This document shows, in pieces, positions 9,866 through 19,268 of a stretch of 64,000 nucleotides of DNA. This DNA is from Candidatus Bathyarchaeota archaeon (GTDB lineage Archaea; Thermoproteota; Bathyarchaeia; Bathyarchaeales; Bathycorpusculaceae). A model generated the notes under the pieces. That model searched no databases. It was not told the origin of the DNA and worked only from the letters and a program-made list of their open reading frames with translations. A program made the translations under genes and the position numbers. The DNA lies in contig OY970280.1 of assembly GCA_963715865.1 (NCBI GenBank), forward strand, positions 1,376,001-1,440,000. The letters run 5' to 3'. Position 1 is the first letter of the stretch, and each line of letters starts with the position of its first letter.

Positions 9866-11509
9866 TTATTTCATTATTGCTTTCAAGTCTTCGTCAGCTG
9901 TTTTGATTGGCATTATGTTGAATTTTTCAACCAGCACCTTAAGGATATTAGGCGTTATGAACGCTGGAAGGCTCGGTCCAATACGGATGTCTCTTATGCC
10001 CAAGTACAGCAGCGATAGCAATATGGCAACTGCTTTTTGTTCATACCACGACAGCACCAGTGAGAGTGGCAAATCGTTAACTTGCACGTTGAAGGCGCTG
10101 GCTAATGCTTGAGCTATCTTGACAGCTGAGTAAGCGTCATTGCATTGTCCAATGTCTAGTAAGCGTGGGATTTCATCGATTGTGCCCAGCTCTTTGTCGA
10201 AGAATCTGAACTTGCCGCAGGCTAAGGTTAGGATGATTGTGTTTTTGGGTGCTTTCTCGACTAGTTCTGGATAGTAGCTTCTACCTGGTTTTGCGCCGTC
10301 ACATCCGCCGACCAGTATGAAGCGCTTTATGTGCCCGTTCTTCACCGACTCTATGACTTTATCAGCTACGCTTAGCACGGCGTTTCTGCCAAAGCCAACC
10401 AACACGTATTTGCTTTCCTTGTCTTCTGGGAAACCGGGCAGTTCCAAGGCTCTCTGTATTACCTGCGAGAAGTCTTTGCTGCTTATGTGTGGCACGCCTG
10501 GGTACCCGACTGGTCCTGAAGTGAAAATGTTGCCCTTGTAGCTTTCTACTGGTTTTTGTATGCAGTTTGTCGTCATTAGGATTGCGCCTGGAAAAGCGGC
10601 GAACTCTTTTTGCTGGTTAAACCATGCTGTTCCATAGTGACCGTAGAAGCGCGGATACTTCTTCAGTTTTGGGTAGCCGTGTGTTGGAAGCATTTCGCCG
10701 TGAGTGTAAACGTAGATGCCTTTGTCTTCGCTTTGTTTTAGAATCTCTTCCAAATCGATGAGGTCATGGCCTGAAACAAGTATGGCTTTGCCTTTTTTGT
10801 GGCCAAGAGGCACTTTCGTTGGCACTGGATGACCGTAGGTTTCAGTGTTTCCTGCATCGAGCAGTTCCATTGCGCGTATGTTGATTTCGCCGCATTTAAA
10901 AACTAAACCTACAAACTCGTTAACGCCAAGTGACTTGTCAAGTGGAGACGCTAATCCTTCATAGATAAAATCGAACACTTTATCGTCTTTTTTTCCAAGA
11001 AGATAGGCATGGTACGCGTAGGCGGCTACTCCTTTTAACCCGTAAGTTAACAGCCACTGAAGCGAATGGAGGTCTAGATCAATTGTTGAGTCAGAGTTTA
11101 TTCCGTAACGTTTTCCCATTGCAACTAAGCCTGCTGTCGTGTTCTCCAACTGTAAATTGAATGCTGAGTTAACTTTGACTTTTTCTTTCCGCAGTCTGCC
11201 GCGTAATTGCTCTTGCAGTTGCGCCGTTTTTCTTATGTAAACAGCTATTGCTTCTGGGTCAAAGTTCACATTTGTCAAAGTAGCAAATAATGCTTCGCAA
11301 GTGAACACGTCAGTTTTTTCGTCTTTTATTCCAGCTTTTCTTGTCTCAATTGATAGTTGGCTAAGTCCTCTAAGCGTGTAGACAAGTAGATCTTGAAGCG
11401 CTGCCACGTCAGCTGTTTTTCCGCAAACGCCCACTACTGTGCAGCCTTGACCTTTGGCTGTTTGTTCGCATTGATAACAGAACATTTGGTTTTGACTCAT
11501 ATTTTTCAC
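9866..11509 (-). CDS. hcp: Hybrid cluster protein (hydroxylamine/NO reductase)
   Basis: MFCYQCEQTAKGQGCTVVGVCGK, SGHDL, HGEMLP, GGCDG, DIGQCNDAY and SWYEQKA. Confidence 0.97.
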   Translation of the reverse strand: MKNMSQNQMFCYQCEQTAKGQGCTVVGVCGKTADVAALQDLLVYTLRGLSQLSIETRKAGIKDEKTDVFTCEALFATLTNVNFDPEAIAVYIRKTAQLQEQLRGRLRKEKVKVNSAFNLQLENTTAGLVAMGKRYGINSDSTIDLDLHSLQWLLTYGLKGVAAYAYHAYLLGKKDDKVFDFIYEGLASPLDKSLGVNEFVGLVFKCGEINIRAMELLDAGNTETYGHPVPTKVPLGHKKGKAILVSGHDLIDLEEILKQSEDKGIYVYTHGEMLPTHGYPKLKKYPRFYGHYGTAWFNQQKEFAAFPGAILMTTNCIQKPVESYKGNIFTSGPVGYPGVPHISSKDFSQVIQRALELPGFPEDKESKYVLVGFGRNAVLSVADKVIESVKNGHIKRFILVGGCDGAKPGRSYYPELVEKAPKNTIILTLACGKFRFFDKELGTIDEIPRLLDIGQCNDAYSAVKIAQALASAFNVQVNDLPLSLVLSWYEQKAVAILLSLLYLGIRDIRIGPSLPAFITPNILKVLVEKFNIMPIKTADEDLKAIMK

Positions 11510-11598
11510 CTTGAAATAAGTATTATGATTAATGGCAGATAGCTATTGTCCCGAACATTTTAGGGTTTTACAAGTGCAGTTGAGATATGAGTAAAATA

Positions 11599-11724
11599 TC
11601 AAGTAAGCCCTGCTGGCAATAGGTTTTTCAAACGCTCGCAGAACAAGAAATTTGAATCGATAAAGATGTTTTTTGCCAATTTTTTGAATGCTTTGAAAAT
11701 ATCTTCAATTTCTAAGCTATACAA
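11599..11724 (-). pseudogene. Truncated RelE/ParE-like toxin fragment
   Basis: TTG-start 41-aa ORF LYSLEIEDIFKAFKKLAKN...; the first ~18 aa resemble archaeal RelE N-termini and the remainder does not. Confidence 0.4.
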
Positions 11725-11728
11725 GCAA

Positions 11729-11836
11729 TCACGTGGCGTCGAACTCTTCGGCGAAGTCTTTTACTTTTATAAATTTGCCATGCTTGCGGGCTTCTTCTAT
11801 TTCGTTCACGAATGCTGGTATTAAACTTTTAACCAT
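11729..11836 (-). CDS. Short antitoxin-like peptide (35 aa)
   Basis: MVKSLIPAFVNEIEEARKHGKFIKVKDFAEEFDAT preceded by a GGGAGAG RBS-like motif; ends 4 nt before the RelE-like fragment. Confidence 0.45.
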   Translation of the reverse strand: MVKSLIPAFVNEIEEARKHGKFIKVKDFAEEFDAT

Positions 11837-11983
11837 AGACTCTCCCTGCGAATTAGGCCTCATAATACTATTAATATGAAATTATTTAATTTTTGATTTG
11901 TGGTTGATAGAATTTTCAGCCCCAGTATGGATCGTGAACGGTAAAAAAAAAGATGAGAGCTGTCTTGTTTTACGCTAGTTTAG

Positions 11984-13144
11984 TTAGATTTTGTAGTATT
12001 TTGCATACAGCACTATGCCTACTGCTAAGATGGCTATGCAAGACACAGATACTACCGCCAAATCCAAGAGTATGGTTGGGCTTGTGATGGCTGCGCCTCT
12101 GAGGAAAAGCGAAGTTAAAGCGTCTGTAACGTAGTAGCTGGGTACGAATTTGCCTGCAACTTGAGCACCTGAAGAAAGCGATGCGCCGACGAATGTGCCA
12201 AGGAACAATTGCGGAAGTAGGAAAAGGAAGCTTAAGCCTGTTGCTGCACCTGCGGATTTTGCGATTGAAGCGGTGATTAAGCCGAATCCCACGTTGGATA
12301 GTGAGAATATCAGCACCAGTATGAAGGCGAAAGCGTAAGCGGGTATGCCAACGTTTGGTCTGAAACCTAAAGCGTACGTCATGATGAAAACCAGAGCCGC
12401 TTGGATCAGCGCTATGCCCATGTAGGAGACCACTTGGCTTGTCATGAACTCGGTTGGTGTTGTGGGTGAGATGCGGATGCGTTTCATCATGCCGTTCTCT
12501 CGGTCTTGGGTGAATGATTGGGCAACCATCATTATGAGGAATATGGAAGCGAACGTGAACATGCCTGGGGCAATGAAGTCAAGTGCCGACGTAGTCTTCA
12601 CCTCAACCAGAGACGCGGTTTCTACGTGGAATGGGCTTTGGGGTGCTTGCTGACTCTGACCCGTGATGGCTGTCAAAGCTTGCTGGATGATTGGCGGTAT
12701 GGCTTGGGTGGCGACTAAAGAGCCTTTATCTAAATACAATGAGACGGTGGCGTTTGTCCATTTTGACGGGTCGTTGGGTGCTGTTTGATATGAAGCTAGG
12801 CTTTGGCTGAAATCCGTCGGAATTGCCATCACTGCCTGAACAGTGCCTTGCGACAGGTCATTTTGCGCGGTCTGGTTGTCAACGTATATGTGAAGGTTCA
12901 GTATCTTTGTGTTGGACAATGCTGTGAGGAGTATCTGCGAGGCGTTTACTGAGTTTCCTTGGTCCATGTTGACTACGCCGATTTGATACGTCACTGTTTG
13001 GCTGCTGCCAACTCCGCCGAATGAAGCCCCGAAAGCGAACACGAACACTACTGGAAACAGGAAAATCATGAAAAGCACTGCTGGTTCGCGGATAGTTTTC
13101 TTAAGTTCCTTCTTAGTTAAAGCGGATATCCGTTGAAGTTTCAT
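11984..13144 (-). CDS. ABC-2 type exporter permease
   Basis: KELKKTIREP, an extracellular domain with VVNMDQG, DRENGMMKRIRISP and six C-terminal TMs. Confidence 0.9.
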   Translation of the reverse strand: MKLQRISALTKKELKKTIREPAVLFMIFLFPVVFVFAFGASFGGVGSSQTVTYQIGVVNMDQGNSVNASQILLTALSNTKILNLHIYVDNQTAQNDLSQGTVQAVMAIPTDFSQSLASYQTAPNDPSKWTNATVSLYLDKGSLVATQAIPPIIQQALTAITGQSQQAPQSPFHVETASLVEVKTTSALDFIAPGMFTFASIFLIMMVAQSFTQDRENGMMKRIRISPTTPTEFMTSQVVSYMGIALIQAALVFIMTYALGFRPNVGIPAYAFAFILVLIFSLSNVGFGLITASIAKSAGAATGLSFLFLLPQLFLGTFVGASLSSGAQVAGKFVPSYYVTDALTSLFLRGAAITSPTILLDLAVVSVSCIAILAVGIVLYAKYYKI

Positions 13145-13891
13145 TTATGCTTCCTCCCTCATGGTTCTTCCTGTGAGTTTGATGAAAAGCTCTTCCAGAT
13201 TCTTCACTTGATTTTTAGCAATCAGTTCTTTTGGCGTGCCAAGAGCAATTAGTTTTCCATGGTCAATTATGCCTACTCGGTCGCATAATTCCTCGGCTTC
13301 TTCCATGTAATGCGTGGTTAGGATGATGGTTTTGCCTTGTGTTTTTTGTTCTTTTACGAAGTCCCAGACAGCATGGCGTGATTGCGGGTCCATGGCAACT
13401 GTTGGTTCATCTAGAAAAGCGACTTGGGGGTCATGGATTAATGCGAGAGTTAGGCTTAGTCGACGTTTCATTCCTCCGCTGTATTTCGCTGCTCTTCTTT
13501 TTGCGTCTTCTTTTAGCCCCATTTTCGTCAGCAGTATATCGCTTCTTTCTTTGAGCATTTTTCCGTTCATGTTGTAGAGGTTTCCGAAGAGTTCAAGGTT
13601 CTCTGCACCGGTTAGGTATGGATAAATGGCTGTTTCTTGAGTGCACACGCCGATTAGTTCTTTGACTTTCGGTGTTTCTTTTTGTGCGTCGTAACCGTAG
13701 ACTTTGGCTGTGCCGCTTGTTGGTTTTACGAGTCCGCAGAGGATGTTTATTGTGGTTGTTTTTCCTGCTCCGTTTGGTCCTAGTAATCCGAAGAGTTCTC
13801 CTTTGTTGACTTGTAGACTGAGGTTTTCTACTGCTGTTTTGTCTTCAAATTTTTTGGTTAGATTTTGTATTGTTATTGCTGATTCGGTCAT
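13145..13891 (-). CDS. ABC-2 type exporter ATP-binding protein
   Basis: GPNGAGKTT, YSGGMKRRL, LDEPT and TTHYMEEA. Confidence 0.95.
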   Translation of the reverse strand: MTESAITIQNLTKKFEDKTAVENLSLQVNKGELFGLLGPNGAGKTTTINILCGLVKPTSGTAKVYGYDAQKETPKVKELIGVCTQETAIYPYLTGAENLELFGNLYNMNGKMLKERSDILLTKMGLKEDAKRRAAKYSGGMKRRLSLTLALIHDPQVAFLDEPTVAMDPQSRHAVWDFVKEQKTQGKTIILTTHYMEEAEELCDRVGIIDHGKLIALGTPKELIAKNQVKNLEELFIKLTGRTMREEA

Positions 13892-14035
13892 GTTAATGTC
13901 TCCTTTTTCTATGGCTCTTAGTACGTTTTTTAGAATTTAGGTTCTTGTTTACCTATTGCTGAAAGAAAATGCATTTGACAGTACTGGAAAGTCGCTTTTC
14001 AACTATGATTGGTTAAAAAACAGGACATTCCTTGA

Positions 14036-14947
14036 CTATGGAATATTGTCTAGCCATGTGTTGAATACGTATCCTGTGTAGATGATGTTTGGGGCTACTG
14101 CTTGTACTGCTGGTTCCCGCTCTAAGCTTTCTCGAGTATCTCGCAGTTCTTTTGCTGTTGGGGTCCAAGTGAAAAATAGGTAGGAGTTTGGTATGTTGCT
14201 AAAACCCCAATAAAAGAGTGCGTTCGGATAATGTTTTTGCCAAATTATGTTAGGTGTGTTAGGGTCAGCGTCAGGTTTTAGTTGAACATGAAATACGCTT
14301 ATTATATCATTTGACGCATCAGGATACCAGTCTATAGATAATTGTATCAAATAGTTGTTTATCATTCTTGTGAGCCTGCGACGAACCGTTTTGGCTGAGA
14401 CACCTAATTCTTCAGCGACAACTGAAGTGGCTTTACGTGAATCATCTTTCAAGGAACGAATAATTTTGTAGTCAAGCTCACAGAGCTTAGTCTCAGGATC
14501 AATACCCTTTAAAATCCACGACGGAATAGGCGAAACCGTTATGCCAACGGTTGGTTCAGGCACCTCAGCTGCCTCTCTAATGAAACGAACCAGCGGCTCC
14601 AACTCAGCTATGTTTTTCAAGTAAGCGCCTATGTACAAGACATTTCCGCCGCCGAGAGCCAACCAGTATATGGAGCCGTGCTTCTCCAGTTTTGGGTTTA
14701 TGTCACGAATTGAATTAGTTTTCGACGTTCCAAAGATTAATATGTGAATGCCGTTTTTAGCGATTAAGCTTAGTTTAGCATTGAATTTGCGTATTATGCC
14801 CATTTCGATTAAGGATTGAATGCGGTTATGAACGGCGGTCACAGACAAGTTCAGTTTTTCCGCCAGTTCACGGTAAGAAAGCCGAGAATTCGCAAGTAAA
14901 AGCTGGCATAATATTACATCTGTCTTGTCCACTGTCTCACCATTCAC
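14036..14947 (-). CDS. Lrp/AsnC family regulator with two tandem HTH+RAM units
   Basis: VDKTDVILCQLLLANSRLSYRELAEKL and a second unit ELDYKIIRSLKDDSRKATSVVAEELGVSAKTVRRRL. Confidence 0.85.
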   Translation of the reverse strand: MNGETVDKTDVILCQLLLANSRLSYRELAEKLNLSVTAVHNRIQSLIEMGIIRKFNAKLSLIAKNGIHILIFGTSKTNSIRDINPKLEKHGSIYWLALGGGNVLYIGAYLKNIAELEPLVRFIREAAEVPEPTVGITVSPIPSWILKGIDPETKLCELDYKIIRSLKDDSRKATSVVAEELGVSAKTVRRRLTRMINNYLIQLSIDWYPDASNDIISVFHVQLKPDADPNTPNIIWQKHYPNALFYWGFSNIPNSYLFFTWTPTAKELRDTRESLEREPAVQAVAPNIIYTGYVFNTWLDNIP

Positions 14948-15115
14948 CGTTCTTTTATGTTATAAACTCCTTAAAGGCTTTAGCACACTATAATATTTCG
15001 GACAACAGAGTATCAGCATTGACCCCAGTGTTTCTTATAGAAGCGTTTGTTGTAGGCATTATGCAGTCACAACTTCTAATAACCTCAAACAATGCTAATA
15101 ATTGAGGTTAAAACT

Positions 15116-15694
15116 ATGAAAATTGCTATTATAGGAAAAGGCAACGTTGGCAGCGCATTGTGCAGTGGCTTAAGCAGCAGGCATGAAGTAAAGTTTGGTC
15201 ACCGAGACCCAGCAGAACCAGTTGCTGATGTAGCAAAATGGGGAGAAGTAATTATTCTTGCAGTACCGCACAACAGTGCAAACGATGCCATAGAAGCCAT
15301 AAGACCTTTTGCGAACGGAAAAACAGTAATCGACGTAATCAACGCTATAGGACCAAATATGGAGTTAGGAATAAGCTGCACCACTTCCTCGGCGGAAGAA
15401 ACCCAGAAAAAACTTCCGCAAGCCCACGTAGTTAAAGCGTTCAACACAGTGTTCGCACAAAACCAAAGCACAGGCAAAGTCAGCAACGAACAATTAACAG
15501 CTTTCATCGCTGGCGACGATTTGAAAGCTAAACAAACTGCAGCTCAGTTAACACGCGGCATTGGTTTTGATCCCGTGGATTGTGGGCCATTAAAAGCAGC
15601 GCGTTATCTTGAAGCAATGGGAATAATGATAATCAACTTAGCCTACAATTACGGAATGGGAACAAAAATAGGCTATAAACTCGTAAAAGCCTAA
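15116..15694 (+). CDS. NADPH-dependent F420 reductase family oxidoreductase
   Basis: MKIAIIGKGNVG Rossmann motif, VIDVIN, VVKAFNT, IAGDD and DCGPL. Confidence 0.85.
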   Translation: MKIAIIGKGNVGSALCSGLSSRHEVKFGHRDPAEPVADVAKWGEVIILAVPHNSANDAIEAIRPFANGKTVIDVINAIGPNMELGISCTTSSAEETQKKLPQAHVVKAFNTVFAQNQSTGKVSNEQLTAFIAGDDLKAKQTAAQLTRGIGFDPVDCGPLKAARYLEAMGIMIINLAYNYGMGTKIGYKLVKA

Positions 15695-15806
15695 GTTCTT
15701 ACTTGCGTGCGCAATTTTGTTTGAAGGCAAGGTCATTTTTAAGGGAAAAGTTTAAGGGTAAATGTTTGTTATGGTTTCGCGTATTCCTATTGTTGAGGGG
15801 TTATGG

Positions 15807-16358
15807 TTGAGCGCTAAAATAGAAACAATCGAAGAACGCAAAGCAGAAGTCTTAATCAAACTAAGAAAATACAAACTACTCGAAAAAGAAAAATATGAAG
15901 GCGCAATCGGCTACATCATCGACATCCCGCAAGACAAAGAAAAAGCACTCGTCTGGTGCATCTTAGGCGAAGCAACCGTCGGCATCGCAGCCATGAACAC
16001 GCTATACAAAGTAATGAAAGAAAAAGACATCGACAGAACCATCGTAGTCACCGAAGGACGCTACACCCACGCCGTCAAACTAGGCGCCAAAAAGAAAAAA
16101 GTCGAACTACTACCCAAGTCTTTCCCAGTTTTCGACATTTTCGAGCACGCACTAGTACCATTCCACGAAATCCTAAGCGAAAAAGAAAAGACCCAGCTTC
16201 TCGCCCAATACAAAGTTAAGCCCTACCAGATACCACAGATAAAATCAGGCGACCCAGCAGTGAAAGCCATCGGCGCAAAACCAGGCGACGTACTGAAAAT
16301 CACAAGGAAAAGCTCAACCGCAGGCGAACACATCACTTACAGGTACGTAGTAGAATAA
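15807..16358 (+). CDS. rpo5: DNA-directed RNA polymerase subunit Rpo5/RpoH with a long RPB5-like N-terminal domain (~183 aa)
   Basis: C-terminal [10 protein letters not shown]...[32 protein letters not shown]...YRYVV is the Rpo5/RPB5 assembly domain; ~105 extra N-terminal aa; TTG start after GAGGGG. Confidence 0.93.
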   Translation: MSAKIETIEERKAEVLIKLRKYKLLEKEKYEGAIGYIIDIPQDKEKALVWCILGEATVGIAAMNTLYKVMKEKDIDRTIVVTEGRYTHAVKLGAKKKKVELLPKSFPVFDIFEHALVPFHEILSEKEKTQLLAQYKVKPYQIPQIKSGDPAVKAIGAKPGDVLKITRKSSTAGEHITYRYVVE

Positions 16359-16362
16359 AAAA

Positions 16363-16920
16363 TTATTTAGCAATTATGATTTCCGTCGACTTCACGATTG
16401 CTTCTACTTCATCGCCAACTTTAATATCTAAATCTTCAACTGCTTCCTTAGTTATAACTGCCGTCACAGTTACAGGCATTTTTACCTCAACCTTAACTTT
16501 GGCTGTAATAACGCCTTTCTCGACAGCTATTACTTTTCCTTTAAAACGGTTCCTTGCACTTAACTTCAAACCTTTCACCTCCAAACTTCCTGAATCCGAT
16601 AAGACCTTGCTTAAGTAGCTCTCAACTTGCTTATACTCGCCAAGCAAGCTTCTGCCTAAATCAGTTAACTTTGCGCCTCCTCCACCAGATTTTCCACCTT
16701 TATAAGTTTCCACTATTGGCTCTTCCAGCGCCTTTCGAATATCCTGCAGGTAATTCCAAACGTAACGGTAGGACATTCCTAAGGTTTCTGCAGCTTTAGA
16801 AATCGAATTTTCCTTGTCGATGGCTTCCAGAATTTCGGCTCCGCCTTTGCCTATTACTGGTTTATTTTTGTATTCTATCCAGACTTTGCATGAGAGCTTA
16901 TGTTTTTTGTTGGTAAGCAT
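16363..16920 (-). CDS. modE: ModE-family molybdate/tungstate-responsive regulator (wHTH + TOBE)
   Basis: GKGGAEILEAIDKENSISKAAETLGMSYRYVW, GGKSGGGGAKLT and C-terminal LSARNRFKG...TAVIT...AIVKST. Confidence 0.9.
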   Translation of the reverse strand: MLTNKKHKLSCKVWIEYKNKPVIGKGGAEILEAIDKENSISKAAETLGMSYRYVWNYLQDIRKALEEPIVETYKGGKSGGGGAKLTDLGRSLLGEYKQVESYLSKVLSDSGSLEVKGLKLSARNRFKGKVIAVEKGVITAKVKVEVKMPVTVTAVITKEAVEDLDIKVGDEVEAIVKSTEIIIAK

Positions 16921-16930
16921 TCTAGGATAT

Positions 16931-16954
16931 GGTTATGTCGCAAAGACCATATAA
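16931..16954. promoter_or_regulatory. Candidate weak ModE operator overlapping the modE TATA box
   Basis: Core TATG-N10-CATA with the same spacing as the tupA site; outer CG pairs not conserved. Confidence 0.35.
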
Positions 16955-16994
16955 AGCTAATCAAGATTAAATAAGCCAAATCGCATTCAGTTTA

Positions 16995-17402
16995 TTAAAG
17001 AGGAGTTCTTTTAATTTCTGCCACTTGATCGGCATCTTTGTCGTCGCTAATAATTGTTTTAATTTTTCTCTTGATCGCTGAAGCTATGTGTATGGAGTCA
17101 CGTGGACTAAGGTTATATTTGCTCATTAGCGCTTGAGCATGCCCTAAGATATTTTCGTCAACATTTATGAACTCCAAATTCGGGAAACCAAGCAGCTTTT
17201 GCCCCTGGTTTATGCCTTCGCTCTTACCCAATGTCTTGCTTACTACCCAAACGACTTCATCCCATGTTAATGTTGAAGTGCACCCTGACAGTTCTCCTTT
17301 TTCGATGCCAAGCAATATTTGTTTAGCTTTCTTTACCTTAGGTTCTACTTCCACTGTGTACAATATCGGATAAATGAAAACATTTGAATCAATGTATGGC
17401 AT
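16995..17402 (-). CDS. vapC: VapC PIN-domain toxin
   Basis: YIDSNVF, TWDEV, LSPRDSIHIASA and ISDDKD acidic PIN motifs. Confidence 0.9.
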   Translation of the reverse strand: MPYIDSNVFIYPILYTVEVEPKVKKAKQILLGIEKGELSGCTSTLTWDEVVWVVSKTLGKSEGINQGQKLLGFPNLEFINVDENILGHAQALMSKYNLSPRDSIHIASAIKRKIKTIISDDKDADQVAEIKRTPL

Positions 17403-17640
17403 TTCTTTGTTCAACTTCTTCAGCTATTAACTTTTTAATGTTTATTCGCTGTTTTAGTTTGGCGGAAGAAGTAGTTATGAAGTATTCAGTGTAACTGCCT
17501 CTAACTTGTGGTTTTTTTATAACTATTTCTTGATCTCGCATTTCAAGGGTTACTTCGACGCCGGGCTTTAACCCCATAGCGTCCCTCATACGTTTAGGAA
17601 TTACAACTTGCCCTTTTGGCCCAACATTTTTTATAGGCAT
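17389..17640 (-). CDS. vapB: AbrB/MazE-type antitoxin (VapB)
   Basis: VGPKGQVVIPKRMRDAMGLKPG; overlaps the vapC start. Confidence 0.9.
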   Translation of the reverse strand: MPIKNVGPKGQVVIPKRMRDAMGLKPGVEVTLEMRDQEIVIKKPQVRGSYTEYFITTSSAKLKQRINIKKLIAEEVEQRNAIH

Positions 17641-17752
17641 TGCTTTATTACCAATAATAATTAGTTATACCTTTTATTTATATTTTCCAACTATAAAGTT
17701 ATACTTTTCCAAGTTTCTAGATGCGGAGATCCGATGCAAGAGATTAATGTAA

Positions 17753-18469
17753 TTAAAACTCTAGTTCTCCGTTAACGAATTTGCGTGATATTTCACTTTT
17801 CGGATTCTCAAAGAAATTCTCCGTTTCAGCGACTTCCACTATTTCGCCGTTGTAGATGTGAACTATTTCATCTGCCATTCTTCTCGCCTGACTAAGATTA
17901 TGAGTAGCCATCACTATAATGCGCTCACCACTCTTTCTACTCACCATTGCCTTTTCAATAATACTTGCGCTGTTCGGATCCAAATTCGCTGTCGGCTCAT
18001 CCAAAAGCAAAACCTGCGAATCAAGCAAGAATGCTCTGGCTAAAGCGATTCTCTGCTGCTCGCCGCCTGAAGTCTTTTTTGCTCTTCGCTTCTCAAACCC
18101 TGAAAGCCTCACTGCCTGTAAAGCCTCATCGACTTTTTTTGCAATTTCCGCTTTTGGCACTCCCCTAATTCTGAGTCCATACGCCAAGTTATCGTAGACG
18201 TTGGTGCTGAACATTGCACTTTTCTGGAAAACCAATGTTGAAACTTGACGTAAAGCTTTACAATCAATATTTTGATTGTTAAATAACAGTTTTCCAGCGT
18301 CGGCGTTTTCTAAGCCAGCCATAATACGCATGAGTGTTGTTTTGCCTGCACCGTTAACGCCTAAAAGAACAATTATTTTGCCGCCTTGCATTTCTAGCGA
18401 TACTGAATTTAACGCTTTAACAGAACGGTAATTCTTTTTGATATCTACTAGTTGCAGATTAACGCTCAC
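17753..18469 (-). CDS. tupC: Tungstate-type ABC transporter ATP-binding protein (TupC-like)
   Basis: GVNGAGKTT, TSGGEQQRIALARA and LDEPTANLDP; in operon with TupB/TupA-like genes. Confidence 0.8.
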   Translation of the reverse strand: MSVNLQLVDIKKNYRSVKALNSVSLEMQGGKIIVLLGVNGAGKTTLMRIMAGLENADAGKLLFNNQNIDCKALRQVSTLVFQKSAMFSTNVYDNLAYGLRIRGVPKAEIAKKVDEALQAVRLSGFEKRRAKKTSGGEQQRIALARAFLLDSQVLLLDEPTANLDPNSASIIEKAMVSRKSGERIIVMATHNLSQARRMADEIVHIYNGEIVEVAETENFFENPKSEISRKFVNGELEF

Positions 18470-18473
18470 GGTT

Positions 18474-19220
18474 TTAACTCCCGCCTAAACCTCTCCAGAA
18501 CGACATTTTGTTCCATAACCCGTCTTCTTGCCTTACGCGCTCTATCAGGCTAATGGTTAATGCTAAAGCGATTACTATTGCCATAAGGATTATCGCATAT
18601 GCCATAGCGATGTCAAAGCTTCCGAAGTTTATTTCAAGAGCGATAGATGTGGTTAAAACTCGTGTTTCGCCTAATAGGTTTCCTCCTACGATTGTAGCAA
18701 TGCCGAGCTCCCCGAAACCTCTGTTAAAACCTGCCGTTACAGAAAGCACCATAGACGAAATTGTCTCGCGAATAAGGGTTAAATTAGTTCTAAAACCTGA
18801 AGCGCCAAGGGTTTTGGCTAAGTCTCTAAGTTGAGTGTCTGCTGCACCCAGAGCGTTTGCTGTAAAGCTGACTATTATTGGGGTAACCAGTATGGCTTGG
18901 CCGATTGCTATACCGTTAAGGGTGTAAAGCAGGTGGAAAGATCCGAATTCGCCTTGCCTAGATAAAAGCAAATACAAAATCAGTCCTAAGGCAACGGTTG
19001 GTACGCCTATTAACGCGTTAAAGAAGCCTTTGATAACCCATTTACCCCTAAAATTGTACAAGCCTAAAAATACAGCTATGGGGATACTCCACACGCATGC
19101 CAACAGTGTTCCTAAACCCGCAACGTATATTGTTCTGTAAACTGTTGCGTAAACTTCAGGATCACCGCTTGCGATTAGGTTAATTGCTTGCTGAAAGGCT
19201 TGAACGATAATATCAGCCAT
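18474..19220 (-). CDS. tupB: Tungstate-type ABC transporter permease (TupB-like)
   Basis: GVPTVALGL, GFNRGFGELG and GGNL...TRVLTTSIALE. Confidence 0.88.
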   Translation of the reverse strand: MADIIVQAFQQAINLIASGDPEVYATVYRTIYVAGLGTLLACVWSIPIAVFLGLYNFRGKWVIKGFFNALIGVPTVALGLILYLLLSRQGEFGSFHLLYTLNGIAIGQAILVTPIIVSFTANALGAADTQLRDLAKTLGASGFRTNLTLIRETISSMVLSVTAGFNRGFGELGIATIVGGNLLGETRVLTTSIALEINFGSFDIAMAYAIILMAIVIALALTISLIERVRQEDGLWNKMSFWRGLGGS

Positions 19221-19268
19221 GCATATCACAAAAGAAATAAGGGGAATTTTATTTGAGCTTTTCCTTAT

